DNA of 64,000 bases from an uncultured Nitrospiraceae bacterium (GCA_963705105.1 CAVPIW010000010.1:160001-224000), one strand, 5' to 3'. Counted from the first letter of the stretch, positions 47,020 through 57,049 are shown. Translations and numbers: made by a program. Notes: generated by a model not told the origin, from the sequence alone.

Positions 47020-47397
47020 ATGGACGGTGAAAACGAAGATCGAATGAGAGATGTGCTCAAGAAGAAACGGGAGGAGATGCTGAGAAACACCCTCCGTGAG
47101 TTCAGACTTGCCATTTCAGGGGAAGAAAAGGGGAGCGTCGGCGCCGGCATGGAAGAGGGAGACATGTCTCTGCTTTACCAGACTCAGAACATGCGGTCCC
47201 GCCATCTCGACGCGCAGAGAGAGACGGTGAAAAAGATCGACGCAGCCCTCAGGAGAATCAAAGAGGGCACATACGGCATCTGCGCGGAGTGCGGCGACGA
47301 AATCGGTGATCAGCGGCTGCACGTCATTCCCTTTGCCACCCTCTGCAGGGAGTGCCAGGAAGACATCGAGAGACGGAGGAGATGCAACAGGTCGTGA
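47020..47397 (+). CDS. TraR/DksA family C4 zinc-finger transcription factor
   Basis: IDAALRRIKEGTYGICAECGDEI...RL..IPFATLCRECQ. Confidence 0.9.
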   Translation: MDGENEDRMRDVLKKKREEMLRNTLREFRLAISGEEKGSVGAGMEEGDMSLLYQTQNMRSRHLDAQRETVKKIDAALRRIKEGTYGICAECGDEIGDQRLHVIPFATLCRECQEDIERRRRCNRS

Positions 47398-47399
47398 CG

Positions 47400-47717
47400 T
47401 CATTCTGATGTCGTTTTGAGGCCGATGACACCGGTGACGATCAGGATGATACAGATGATCTGAGACAGCTTGTACGGCTCCTTCAGAAAAATCATGCCGA
47501 AGAGATTGCATCCGGAGATGGCGATTCCGACCCAGACGGCGTAGGCAATGCCCGTCGGCAGCGATTTGAGCGCCTGGGATAGGAAGAAGGCCGCTCCCAG
47601 GCCGCAGATCGCGTAAAAAACAAGGGGGAAGAGACGGGTGAATCCCTCCGTCATTTTCAGACTGTAGATCCACCCGATCTCGAAAACACCTGCTATGATG
47701 ATGTAGATCCAGGGCAT
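47400..47717 (-). CDS. SMR family small transporter (SugE/Gdx-like)
   Basis: MPWIYIIIAGVFEIGW, LPTGIAYAVWVGI; four TM helices. Confidence 0.85.
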   Translation of the reverse strand: MPWIYIIIAGVFEIGWIYSLKMTEGFTRLFPLVFYAICGLGAAFFLSQALKSLPTGIAYAVWVGIAISGCNLFGMIFLKEPYKLSQIICIILIVTGVIGLKTTSE

Positions 47718-48637
47718 ACCCAGTGTCCGGCATCGGAGTCGGAAACCTCGGAGCAACGGACGCGGCGCAGCTTCGCGAGCGCTCCTTTTTCGCTGTCGTA
47801 CACCCTCTTCACTCCGTCTCCGAGAGAGCGCTCGATGTCCCTTATGTTCTTGACAAGCCGCTGCATGCCGATGATTTCGACCGACGCAGCCTGGTCGGTC
47901 CCCCACATGGCCCTGTCGAGCGTCACATGGCGTTCTATGAAGGACGCCCCGAGGACAATGGACGCCCAGGTGGGTGACAGTCCCGTCTCGTGGCCGGAGT
48001 ACCCGATGGGCACACCGGGGAACATGCCCTTCAGAGTCGGTATCATCCTGAGGTTCAGCTCCTCGACCCTGCAGGGATAGGATGATGTTGAATGGGCCAG
48101 CAGGAGTTTCTCGGTGCCGACGACCTGCACCGCCTTCCGTATCTCGATTATCGTCGACATCCCCGTGGACAGGAACACGGGTTTTCCTGTCGATGCCATC
48201 TTTCTCAGGAGATCCAGGTCGGTCAGGCTTGCCGACGGCGCCTTGTGAAGGGGCGGGTCAAACTGTTCGATGAAGTCGACGGACTCTTCATCCCATGACG
48301 AGACGAACCAGGTGATCCCCTTGCTCTGACAATGCTTCGCTATTTCAACATAGTCGTCGAAGTCGAACTCCACACGCCGCCGGTATGCGATATAGGTCAT
48401 TCTTCCCCATGGAGTATCCCGCTCGATGTCCCACTGGTCCCGGGGGACGCAGAGCTCGGGGGTCCTCTTCTGGAACTTTACGGCGTCACATCCGGCGAAT
48501 ACGGCGCCGTCGATCATCTTTTTCGCCGTGTCAAGGCAGCCGTTGTGATTGATGCCGATTTCCGCGATGACGTACACGGGCTCATCATCTCCGATGAACC
48601 GGCCATTGACGCTTACTTTCCTTTGATGTGACAACAT
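47693..48637 (-). CDS. NeuB family nonulosonate(-9-phosphate) synthase, short form without SAF domain
   Basis: IAEIGINHNG, DAVKFQKR, RDTPWG, LSTGMS, HSTSSYP, GYSGHE, IERHVTLDR. Confidence 0.9.
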   Translation of the reverse strand: MLSHQRKVSVNGRFIGDDEPVYVIAEIGINHNGCLDTAKKMIDGAVFAGCDAVKFQKRTPELCVPRDQWDIERDTPWGRMTYIAYRRRVEFDFDDYVEIAKHCQSKGITWFVSSWDEESVDFIEQFDPPLHKAPSASLTDLDLLRKMASTGKPVFLSTGMSTIIEIRKAVQVVGTEKLLLAHSTSSYPCRVEELNLRMIPTLKGMFPGVPIGYSGHETGLSPTWASIVLGASFIERHVTLDRAMWGTDQAASVEIIGMQRLVKNIRDIERSLGDGVKRVYDSEKGALAKLRRVRCSEVSDSDAGHWVCPGSTSS

Positions 48638-48692
48638 GTTACCTCCTTTGTGCTGTGCCTGTGTGCTTGATATGAAGTGACGAAATCAGGCT

Positions 48693-49265
48693 TCATCCCC
48701 GGTTCACGCCTTTGTGGATATCCACATCCCCTATCCTCTCCTGTGCGAGGCCGGCCCTGGCGGCGATAATAAATTCCGCGAATTCCCTGAAGGCCCCGTG
48801 ACCGCCGGGCAGGGAGCAGACGAAATGAACCGCAAAAAGGGTTTCCCTGAAGGCGTCACGGGGACAGGCGGACAGTCCGACGCGTTTGATGACGGACAGA
48901 TCGTTCGTGTCGTCGCCGATGAACGCCACCTCGTGCGCCTCAAGACTCCGCTTTCTGAGGATCCGCTCCAGCACTTCCAGCTTGTCCCTGACGCCCAGAT
49001 GCAATTCACTGATTCCCAGTTTCTCCGCCCTCTTCCTGACAGAGCCCGACAATTCGCCGGTGATGATCCCCGTCTCAACGCCGGCGATATCGCGCAGCCT
49101 TTCCACACCCATGCCGTCGCGGATCGAAAACCGTTTCAGCATTTCTCCTCCGTCCCCATAGTAGACACCCGTATCGGTCAGGACGCCGTCGACGTCGGTC
49201 AGGAGCAGTCGGATCCACCGTGCCCTGTCAGCCACTGCCTTTCTGCGATGAAACTCACGGTTCAC
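48693..49265 (-). CDS. KdsC/YrbI family HAD phosphatase
   Basis: TDVDGVLTD, RFSIRDGMG, AFIGDDTND, GGHGAFREF. Confidence 0.9.
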   Translation of the reverse strand: MNREFHRRKAVADRARWIRLLLTDVDGVLTDTGVYYGDGGEMLKRFSIRDGMGVERLRDIAGVETGIITGELSGSVRKRAEKLGISELHLGVRDKLEVLERILRKRSLEAHEVAFIGDDTNDLSVIKRVGLSACPRDAFRETLFAVHFVCSLPGGHGAFREFAEFIIAARAGLAQERIGDVDIHKGVNRG

Positions 49266-50065
49266 AGGGCCGTCCACCCCCCATCGACGATGAGGTTCGC
49301 CCCTGTCATATAGCATGATGCTTCGCTTGCAAGGAAGACGACGGCCCCCCGGTAGTCGCAGGGGCTCGCCATGCGCCGGAGAGGCGTCTTGGCGCAGTAA
49401 TTCCTGACGAAGTACGCGTCCTGGCCGTTCTCCACACCGCCCGGCGAGAGCGTATTGACGCGGACGCCGCATTCGCCCCAGTAGGAGGCGAGGAATTTCG
49501 TGAAGGCGATGACTGCGCCTTTGCTCGTCGGATAGGCCGGTGACTTGTGAAAAGGCTGTTCTCCCGAAGGTTTGCGGTAAATGGACTGGTCGGGAGCGAC
49601 GACGCCGTACGTGGACGCGATATTGATGATGCTCCCCTTTCCTCTTTCAGCCATATGAGAGCCAATCGCCTGGGAACAGAGGAACAGCCCCGTAACGTTG
49701 ACATCCATGACGGCCTTCCACATGGCGAGGGGATAATTCTCGAAACGGGACAGTTCGGCGGCGAGATGGGGGTCTTCGAATTTTTCATTGATCGCCGCAT
49801 TGTTGATGAGGATGTCGACACCGCCGAAACGCCCGATCGCCTCTTGGAGGAGATGCCGCACCGCCGTTGCGTCCGTCACGTCGACGGCGACCCCCAGCCC
49901 TTCCGGCTCGAATTCTGCGGCGAACTCCCGGCACTTTTTCCCGTCGGTGTCGCAGGCCACCACATGGGCGCCCGCTTCCGAGAGGGCCAGGCAATGCTCT
50001 CTGCCCAGCAGGCCCAGCGCCCCGGTGACGACGGCGACCTTACCGTCCAGTGAGAACTGCTTCAT
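49262..50065 (-). CDS. SDR family oxidoreductase
   Basis: VTGALGLLG, LINNAA, YPTSK catalytic motif, NLIVDGG. Confidence 0.9.
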   Translation of the reverse strand: MKQFSLDGKVAVVTGALGLLGREHCLALSEAGAHVVACDTDGKKCREFAAEFEPEGLGVAVDVTDATAVRHLLQEAIGRFGGVDILINNAAINEKFEDPHLAAELSRFENYPLAMWKAVMDVNVTGLFLCSQAIGSHMAERGKGSIINIASTYGVVAPDQSIYRKPSGEQPFHKSPAYPTSKGAVIAFTKFLASYWGECGVRVNTLSPGGVENGQDAYFVRNYCAKTPLRRMASPCDYRGAVVFLASEASCYMTGANLIVDGGWTAL

Positions 50066-51404
50066 GGTCCTCTTTTTTCCTCGGCTTGATGTTGAAATTC
50101 CCGGTCCGCCGGAAGACGGGCTCCACAGGCTCTCCCCGGAGGCATTCTCTGACGTTGTTCTCCTCCAGGGCGGTCCCGAGCATGGGAAGCACTTTACTGT
50201 AAATTTCGAGGAGATACTCTATGTCCTCGTTGCCGTGGGAGAAGCTGACGGCGTGAAACCCCGACCAGAGGACGCCGTGCCTGAAGAGTTCCTGCTGGAC
50301 ATATGACTTCATAACAAGGGGGTCCCCGGCAGCGCCGTCGAAGGTGACGAGGGTGCGCGCATCGGGTCCGATACAGCGTGTGTATTCCATGTCGAGGTTC
50401 CGGGCAATCCTGTTGTAGCCGTCTTTGAGCTTCCTGCCCTGTCGCGCAAGGTGGCCTGGCACGTCTTTTTCCCTCATCTCCTGTATGGTCGCCCGGGCTG
50501 CCGCAAGGGACAATGCCTCACCTCCGAAGGTGGTGTAGAAGAAGACGTCCCTTTCGAGGAGCGCCATGATCTCCCTCTTTCCCGCAAGCACCGAGAGGGG
50601 CATCCCGTTTGCGATCGCTTTCGAGTAGCAGACGAGATCGGCCCTGACGCCGTAATATTCCTGCGCGCCGCCGAGGGCGATGCGAAATCCCGTCCACATC
50701 TCGTCGAAGATGAGGACGATGCCCGTCCTGTCGCAGATCTCCCGCAGCACGCCGAGGAAGTCGTCCTTCGGCTCTTCGAACGCGACGGGTTCGAGGATGA
50801 TACAGGCCGTATCGTCGTCGATCGAATCGATGACGGACGCGGGATCATTGTAGGCGAAGGTGAAGGTGAGGTCCTTCATGGCTTTCGGCACTCCCCTGTT
50901 CCTGTCCGTCACGGCGATGTACCAGTCATGCCACCCGTGATAGCCGCAGCAGAGCACCTTTTCCTTCCCCGTATATGCCCTCGCAAGGCGGACGGCGGCC
51001 GAAGTGACATCGGCGCCCGTCTTGCTGAAACGGACGGCCTCGGCTGAGGGGACGACGGAGCGGATCAGCTCCGCCACCTCCACTTCGAGGGGGTGCATCA
51101 TGGAAAAGGTGATGCCGTGAGCAAGCTGCTGTCTGATCGCTTCGTCCACGGCCGGGTAGCAGTATCCGAGGGAGAGGGGCCCCACGGCCATGGTGAAGTC
51201 GAGGTATTCGTTTCCGTCGGCGTCCCATACCCGGGCTCCCTGGCCCCTGGTCAGATACTTCGGCGCCACTCTCCTGATATACTGAGTCGGCCCTTTCGCC
51301 AGTGTCTGCGTCACGCCGGGGATGATTTGAAGCGCCCTCTCGTAGAGCTCCTCCGACCTGTCTACGGCTGGATAGTCTTCATTGAATCCGATGCTGTTCG
51401 GCAT
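50040..51404 (-). CDS. Class III aminotransferase (GSA-aminomutase-like, sugar pathway type)
   Basis: WDADGNEYLD, GYHGWHDW, LIFDEMWTGFR, SKAIANG, TTFGG. Confidence 0.88.
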   Translation of the reverse strand: MPNSIGFNEDYPAVDRSEELYERALQIIPGVTQTLAKGPTQYIRRVAPKYLTRGQGARVWDADGNEYLDFTMAVGPLSLGYCYPAVDEAIRQQLAHGITFSMMHPLEVEVAELIRSVVPSAEAVRFSKTGADVTSAAVRLARAYTGKEKVLCCGYHGWHDWYIAVTDRNRGVPKAMKDLTFTFAYNDPASVIDSIDDDTACIILEPVAFEEPKDDFLGVLREICDRTGIVLIFDEMWTGFRIALGGAQEYYGVRADLVCYSKAIANGMPLSVLAGKREIMALLERDVFFYTTFGGEALSLAAARATIQEMREKDVPGHLARQGRKLKDGYNRIARNLDMEYTRCIGPDARTLVTFDGAAGDPLVMKSYVQQELFRHGVLWSGFHAVSFSHGNEDIEYLLEIYSKVLPMLGTALEENNVRECLRGEPVEPVFRRTGNFNIKPRKKEDHEAVLTGR

Positions 51405-52314
51405 GGGACCTCCCTCCCTTTTTGTATTCGAAAATGCGACCTGCAAGTTTCTGCCCCGTCATGCCGGCATGATCGAGGACCTCCTCCAGGAGGGCGGGCC
51501 TGAACCAACTGTTTTCGAGGGATACGGGCAGGACATCGCACATCAGGCCGTTGCTGATGAGGACCTCACAGACTATGCCGTACAGACCGCCCGTCTTGAA
51601 ATGATCCTCAACGGTGACGATGAGGTCTGTCTCCTCGGCGGCGGAAAGGATGACCTCTTCGTCGACGGGCTTGACGGTCCTGAGATTGATGAGACGGACC
51701 GACGAGCTTGTCCGCTGAAGGATCTCCGCTGCTGCAAAGGCCTCGCTGAGGAGCATCCCGTACGTGATGATCGTTATGTCCTCTCCGGCAGAGATGACCT
51801 CGGCCTTGCCGATCCCGAATGCAGGATCATGGGTGACGGCCGGCTTCCTGTGATTCAGTCTGATATAGCAGGGGTGGGGGCTCAGCAGGAGGGTCCGGAG
51901 CCCGATGACGAGGTCTTCCTCATCGGCGGGACAGAAGATCTGCATATTCGGGATCATGCGCATGAGCGCCACGTCCTCGAGGGCCTGGTGGGTCGGCCCG
52001 TTCGCCTCGGAGAGAAACCCGGGAACGCCTCCGCAAAGCTTGACCGGCAGGTCCGGCAGGCCCACGTCGGTCCGAATGAACTCAAAGGCCCTCATGGTGA
52101 GGAAAGCGCTCAGCCCGTGCACGACGGGGATGCGCCCCCTGAGGGCGAGTCCCGCCGCCGTCCCGATGAGAGCCTGCTCCGTGATCCCCGTATCGATGAA
52201 GCGGTTACCCAGGTCCGGTATGATGTCCCGTATGGAGATCCTGTTTTCGGCGGTGAGGACGACAAAGCGGTCATCGGACAACACGATGTCCCGCAGGGTT
52301 TCCTGATAGCTCAT
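51379..52314 (-). CDS. Transketolase C-terminal subunit
   Basis: GITEQ..IG.AAGLA, RAFEFIR, GPTHQALED, TVKPVD, VEDH. Confidence 0.9.
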   Translation of the reverse strand: MSYQETLRDIVLSDDRFVVLTAENRISIRDIIPDLGNRFIDTGITEQALIGTAAGLALRGRIPVVHGLSAFLTMRAFEFIRTDVGLPDLPVKLCGGVPGFLSEANGPTHQALEDVALMRMIPNMQIFCPADEEDLVIGLRTLLLSPHPCYIRLNHRKPAVTHDPAFGIGKAEVISAGEDITIITYGMLLSEAFAAAEILQRTSSSVRLINLRTVKPVDEEVILSAAEETDLIVTVEDHFKTGGLYGIVCEVLISNGLMCDVLPVSLENSWFRPALLEEVLDHAGMTGQKLAGRIFEYKKGGRSHAEQHRIQ

Positions 52315-52315
52315 A

Positions 52316-53173
52316 TCACCTCACCCCCGCCGTCTCGGGCGTGCAGCGGCCGCCGGATGCCGCTCTCAAGTCGCCGATGAGACCTTCCGCTTCTTCTTCG
52401 GTGAAGTTGCAGAACCAGCGGTCTATCCGGTACTCGAGGCTCGGCACCCCCTTGCCCCTGATCGTTTCGGCGATGACGACGCTCGGCGACCCCAATTCGA
52501 AGGGAGCGAGCTGAAAAGCCCTCTCGATGTCCCTGAAGTCATGGCCGTCCACAATCATCGTCGCGAGGCCGAAGGACCGGAACTTTTCATCGAGCGGTTC
52601 GAGCGGAAGAAGCGACTCCGTCTTCCTGTTCGCCTGGACACGGTTTCTGTCAACGACGATGATCAGGTTCTCCAGGCCCAGCGCGCGCGCCACGAGAAAA
52701 CCCTCCCAGTTGGACCCTTCATTGAGCTCCCCGTCTCCCACGATGACGACGACCCTGTTCCTCCCTTCCCTCATTTTGCAGTCGAGGGCGACTCCTGTCG
52801 CGACGGGGACGAGATGCCCGAGGGAGCCGGCGTGGAACTCGACGCCCGGAATGCCCCTGTTGGGATGCCAATATATGTCGTCTGCGGTGGTGAGGTGATT
52901 CTTCAGCCGCTCTTTTTCGAGTATGCCCGCCTCTGCAAGGGCCGCATAGAGGGCCGGGACGGCGTGACCTTTCGAGAGAAAGAGGTAATCCCGGGAGGGG
53001 TCATCGAGCAGATCGGGCCGCACGCGAAGGAAGGAGCCGTATAGATACACGAGCAGATCGGCGCAGGAGAGGGCCGATCCGGCAAAGGCGCCTCCGTTCC
53101 TCGACATGCCGATAATACTTTCCCTCACCCTGAGGGCGGTCTCCTTCAGCCTCATTAATTCCTGACGTTCCAT
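52316..53173 (-). CDS. Transketolase N-terminal (TPP-binding) subunit
   Basis: LSKGHA, GSLGH, GDGELNEGSNWE, VDGHD, TIRGKG. Confidence 0.9.
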   Translation of the reverse strand: MERQELMRLKETALRVRESIIGMSRNGGAFAGSALSCADLLVYLYGSFLRVRPDLLDDPSRDYLFLSKGHAVPALYAALAEAGILEKERLKNHLTTADDIYWHPNRGIPGVEFHAGSLGHLVPVATGVALDCKMREGRNRVVVIVGDGELNEGSNWEGFLVARALGLENLIIVVDRNRVQANRKTESLLPLEPLDEKFRSFGLATMIVDGHDFRDIERAFQLAPFELGSPSVVIAETIRGKGVPSLEYRIDRWFCNFTEEEAEGLIGDLRAASGGRCTPETAGVR

Positions 53174-53186
53174 CTTGTCTCCTTTC

Positions 53187-54020
53187 TCACCCTATCGTCT
53201 TGAGTTCTTCACGGTGATGCATGTACCAGCCTGTGCCGAGATATCCGGCGTTCCTGCTCCTGATGTGCGGGTGGTCGTCAAGAAAACGCAGGATATCGCC
53301 GATGCCGAACAGGGGATTCTCCCTTGAGAGATGCTCATAGACCGGGCTGATGACATCGTAGTCCTCCCGGTAGTCGAGGACCCAGCGGTACGTCATCGAA
53401 TAGTTCAGTCCCAGCTCCCATGCGACGTTGCCGATGCGGAAACGGCCGGGGTTGTCCCAGATGAAAGGTGTCGTGTGCTCCCGTTCAAAGCCCCTCGATG
53501 CCTCGCGCCAGGCCGTCTCAAGGACTCCCATGTGCATTGCTTCCACATCGTTCCCGTCCGGGTAGGTCTGGGGATGAAGGTTGCTGACGTAGTCGTAGTG
53601 GCGGCGATGGCGGAGAAAATAGAGGATCACCCTGTCGACGACGCCGGGGTCGATGAGCGGGCAGTCCGAGGGAATCTTGACGACCACATCGGCGCCGAAG
53701 GACCGGGCCGCCTCATAGTGCCGGTCCAGAAGGTCCGTCGGATGGCCCCTGAAGCAGGGGATGCCCTCATAATCGCAGATCCGCTCGATGATGACGTCTT
53801 CGGGCAGGACCGTCGTGGCGACGACGACCTCACCTGCCGACAGCGACTCCTTTACCCTTTCAACCATCCTCACGAAGGACGGCTTGCCTCCCAGGGGCTT
53901 CAATACCTTTCCCGGGAGTCTTGTCGACCCGGTCCTTGTCTGGATGACGGTGACGACCTTGAGAAGCGACAGGTCGCCGCCTGCCGACGAAGTCTTCTTC
54001 CCTCCCTTTCGCCCATTCAT
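53187..54020 (-). CDS. SpsF/KdsB-like cytidylyltransferase family protein
   Basis: IQTRTGSTRLPGKVL, DCPLIDP, YPDGNDVE, REHTTPF. Confidence 0.85.
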   Translation of the reverse strand: MNGRKGGKKTSSAGGDLSLLKVVTVIQTRTGSTRLPGKVLKPLGGKPSFVRMVERVKESLSAGEVVVATTVLPEDVIIERICDYEGIPCFRGHPTDLLDRHYEAARSFGADVVVKIPSDCPLIDPGVVDRVILYFLRHRRHYDYVSNLHPQTYPDGNDVEAMHMGVLETAWREASRGFEREHTTPFIWDNPGRFRIGNVAWELGLNYSMTYRWVLDYREDYDVISPVYEHLSRENPLFGIGDILRFLDDHPHIRSRNAGYLGTGWYMHHREELKTIG

Positions 54021-54967
54021 TCGAGCATCTCCCTGCAGACGCCGGCGATGTTGCCCGCCGATGTCCCCCTGTTTTGAATGGGCGACAGTTCCCGGAGCGT
54101 ATCGACGTCGAAATAGGAATGCACCTCTTTTCCGAGGGAGATGCCTGTAAAAGCGAGGGAGGAGTACTGCGTGACAAGGACGTCGCAGTTCGCCACCATG
54201 TGGTGCGCATTGCCGTCGGCATAGACGAGGGCGCCTGGTGCATGTCTCCTGATCTCCCGCGCGGACCGGGAGACATTTTCATTGGGGTGGAGCTTGAAAA
54301 TGAGCTTTCTCCCTTCGGCTATTTCGGCGGCCCGGCGGATGAATTTCTTTCTCCTGTCGATCTTGAAGGTCTCCCGCGCATCCGACGTCGCTGCAAGGAC
54401 GTGCCCTTTGTGGGGGAAATCATTGTCCATGTATTGCTCGGCATGGTCGAAGTTCGGGATGCCCGTGACGACTATGCGGTCGGCTTTCACCCCTTTCCGG
54501 ATGAAGAGGTCCCGGTATCCCTCGGATGCGACACAGAAGCGTTCGTATGCATGGGAAAGACCCGCCGTCGACGTGCTTGCCAGGTATCGCGGCAGTTTCA
54601 GGTGTTTGACGGCATGGTAGGCCAGGTTTTCCGGGTCCGTCATTCCTTCCTGGACGAGGATCACTTTTTTGTTCCTGATATTTTTCTGGACGATCAAATC
54701 CGAGCAGGTCAGCACGAGATGATAGTCGTCCCTGATGCCCCCTTCATCGATCAGGCAGCGGTGTTCCCTCAGGTACTCCACGGTCAGCCTCCGCATGTTC
54801 CCGCCGAGGACGGTGAAATCGAGATAGCCTGCTTTCGAGAATTTACCGATCAAGCCGTCTCCGTAGAAGGGTGAAAACCGGCATTCGTATTCTTCCAGAT
54901 GCTCCGCTATCTTGTGCATCTGCGTCGTCTGATTGAGGGAGCCGCAGATGAAGAGGATTTTTTTCAT
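54017..54967 (-). CDS. Hypothetical GT-B fold protein (glycosyltransferase or epimerase-like)
   Basis: VVTGIPNFD, IFKLHPNE, DVLVTQYSSLA motifs; start reassigned to MKKILF because the longer ORF runs through a repeat. Confidence 0.65.
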   Translation of the reverse strand: MKKILFICGSLNQTTQMHKIAEHLEEYECRFSPFYGDGLIGKFSKAGYLDFTVLGGNMRRLTVEYLREHRCLIDEGGIRDDYHLVLTCSDLIVQKNIRNKKVILVQEGMTDPENLAYHAVKHLKLPRYLASTSTAGLSHAYERFCVASEGYRDLFIRKGVKADRIVVTGIPNFDHAEQYMDNDFPHKGHVLAATSDARETFKIDRRKKFIRRAAEIAEGRKLIFKLHPNENVSRSAREIRRHAPGALVYADGNAHHMVANCDVLVTQYSSLAFTGISLGKEVHSYFDVDTLRELSPIQNRGTSAGNIAGVCREMLE

Positions 54968-54981
54968 CGGCACGATGATTG

Positions 54982-55059
54982 ATGATACCGGACGGGGTGT
55001 TACAGGAATATTAAGGCACGATGAAAGGTAGGTGAAAGTATTGTTACAGGAATGTGAAC
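54982..55059 (-). promoter_or_regulatory. Pho-box-like promoter 11 (sugar pathway operon)
   Basis: Plus-strand GTTACA 54999, ATTAAG 55010, ATGAAA 55021, GTGAAA 55032, GTTACA 55043, GTGAAC 55054; minus-strand TATCAT -10 at 54987-54982. Confidence 0.75.
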
Positions 55060-55275
55060 CCGTAGTTGCATAGAAAGACGGGGCGAAGCGCCTCAAAGCC
55101 TTGCTGAAGGCGACGATACGCCTCATTAGGTTTGTCTTTAAGGATTCTACTCTTTGTGGCATCGACCATTGGCTTGAAAGGTTGTCTTCTGCGAGGGTTA
55201 CGGTGTCGCCGCAGCAAGGTTTTCGGCGCATACGCCCCGCCTTTCGCGGGAGTGTGTTGCAACGATAAGGTGACC
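55056..55275. repeat. MITE-like repeat copy
   Basis: GTAGTTGCATAG...CCTCAAAGCCTTGCTGAAGGCGACGATAC...GGTGTCGCCGCAGCAAGGTTTTCGGCGC...TTGCAACGATAAGGT. Confidence 0.85.
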
Positions 55276-55289
55276 CTGTGGCTGTCATA

Positions 55290-56660
55290 TTACAGGAGCA
55301 ATGCCCCTCTCTCGGCGAGGCGTGACCTGACACTCTGCCTGAGGTTGAGGAAACAGAAATTCCTCTCGTTGATGAAACGGCTGATCAGAAAGGCAAGGCC
55401 GTTGCTCTTCTTGTCCAGGTAGGGCGTATCGATCTGGTCGAGGTCTCCCGTCAGGACGATCTTCGTGCCCTCGCCGCAGCGGGTGACGATGGTCTTGATA
55501 TCGATGGGCCTGAGGTTTTGCGCCTCGTCGATGATGAAATACCGCCTCGGCAGGCTTCTCCCGCGGATGTACGTCAGGGGCTCCACCTGGAGGAGGCCCG
55601 CATCGATCAGGTACTGGTAGCTCTTCATGTTCGACAGATCGATGCGGTCTTTCACCGCATCCCTGCAATTGCCGATGATCGCCTCCAGATTGTCAAAGAT
55701 CGGCTGCATCCAGGGCCTGAGCTTCTCCTCCACATCGCCGGGGAGATAACCGAGGTCATTTCCGAGAGGGATCACCGGCCGCGACACCATCACCTGGTCG
55801 TAGAGTGACGACTTCCTCGTCATTTTCGCCGTCTGGTGCAGTCCCGCCGCAAGGGCCAGAAAGGTCTTGCCCGTCCCCGCGCGGCCAGTGAGCGCGACGA
55901 TGTCGATATCGGGATCGATAAGCGCATCGATCGCGCATTCCTGCTCGATATTCTTCGGCGAGATGCCCATGATCTCCTTGCCGCGCTTGACCGGTTTCAG
56001 CGACATCTTGTCGTTTATCCTCTGCACCGTATCGCCGGAGTGAACATATCGGGCCGACCTGATGCCGTTGAGAGACTCGTTTTCGCAGAGCACACGCCCG
56101 TACATCTCGTAAATCGAGGTCTTGTCGTCCCGGTAGTCTTCCGCCGCAAGACCGAAGGATTCCGCCTTGATCCTGACGGCCATATCCTTCGATACGATTT
56201 TCACCGCCACCGGATCCCCCCGGTCGTCCCTGAGGTCTTTTTCTGCGATGCTCAATGCCGACCTGATGATGCGGTTGTCCTCGACGGACCCGTCGGAAAA
56301 GAGCTCGCAGGACTCACTCAGAGAGGCGCTCACCGACATCATGCCTCCCTGACCCACGGGGATGCCTGCCGAAAGGGACCCCCTTTCTCTCAGCGCGTCG
56401 ATGATTCTCAGAGAAAGCCTCGCAGACGCTGCGATCTCCCCGTGACCCTTTTTCAGCCTGTCCAGCTCCTCGATGACGGCAAAGGGGATAACGACGTGGC
56501 TGTCACTGAACTTGAAGATTGAGTGCGGGTCATGGACGAGGACGTTCGTGTCGAGGACGAAAATCCTCCTCTCCGCATCAGGTGCACGAAGGCGACGAAG
56601 ATTGACGGCTGTCGCATCATTTTTCCTGCACATCGTCTCCATACAGGCGGCATCGTTCAT
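55290..56660 (-). CDS. phoH: PIN-PhoH family ATPase (PhoH2/YlaK type)
   Basis: FVLDTNVL PIN start, GRAGTGKT, LGYLPGDVEEK, YIRGRSL, IIDEAQNL, TGDLDQID. Confidence 0.9.
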   Translation of the reverse strand: MNDAACMETMCRKNDATAVNLRRLRAPDAERRIFVLDTNVLVHDPHSIFKFSDSHVVIPFAVIEELDRLKKGHGEIAASARLSLRIIDALRERGSLSAGIPVGQGGMMSVSASLSESCELFSDGSVEDNRIIRSALSIAEKDLRDDRGDPVAVKIVSKDMAVRIKAESFGLAAEDYRDDKTSIYEMYGRVLCENESLNGIRSARYVHSGDTVQRINDKMSLKPVKRGKEIMGISPKNIEQECAIDALIDPDIDIVALTGRAGTGKTFLALAAGLHQTAKMTRKSSLYDQVMVSRPVIPLGNDLGYLPGDVEEKLRPWMQPIFDNLEAIIGNCRDAVKDRIDLSNMKSYQYLIDAGLLQVEPLTYIRGRSLPRRYFIIDEAQNLRPIDIKTIVTRCGEGTKIVLTGDLDQIDTPYLDKKSNGLAFLISRFINERNFCFLNLRQSVRSRLAERGALLL

Positions 56661-56734
56661 AAAACCCTCCAGGTACGAGTATTTTCCTGTCCTCACCGGA
56701 ACGGACGCCGGCGGATCTTGCACAGCCGATTGTG

Positions 56735-56933
56735 AACCCTCCAGTTGCATGAAAAGGCGGGACAAAGTGCATCAACGCCTTGGTGCTGCGAAAACTTTGC
56801 CTTCCCATAAAGACTATTTCAGGCAAAGGGCTGAAAAAATCAACCCTTTACGTACACTCACACTGACACTGACACTGTCTTTCAGAGCATCTTCGCCCCG
56901 CCTTTCCGGAGGTCCTATTGCAACGATAAAGTG
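56735..56933. repeat. MITE-like repeat copy between phoH and its promoter
   Basis: CAGTTGCATGAAAAGGCGG...ACACTG hexamers...CGCCCCGCCTTTCCGG...TTGCAACGATAAAGT. Confidence 0.75.
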
Positions 56934-57049
56934 AAGAGAAGTTTTCGTCGGGGATGTACAGACGTGATAGGCGGTATGCGGTGCCGAAGATACTTTGCCC
57001 GCCTTGGGGCAGTCATGTGTACCGGCGCTGTTCGCCATGAGGTTGGCTT

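Noticed and set aside
54968..55333. Long N-terminal extensions in the ORF track (54017..55333; likewise 55290..56765 and 56995..60636)
   Set aside because: They translate through repeat elements and promoters; downstream starts fit family motifs better.
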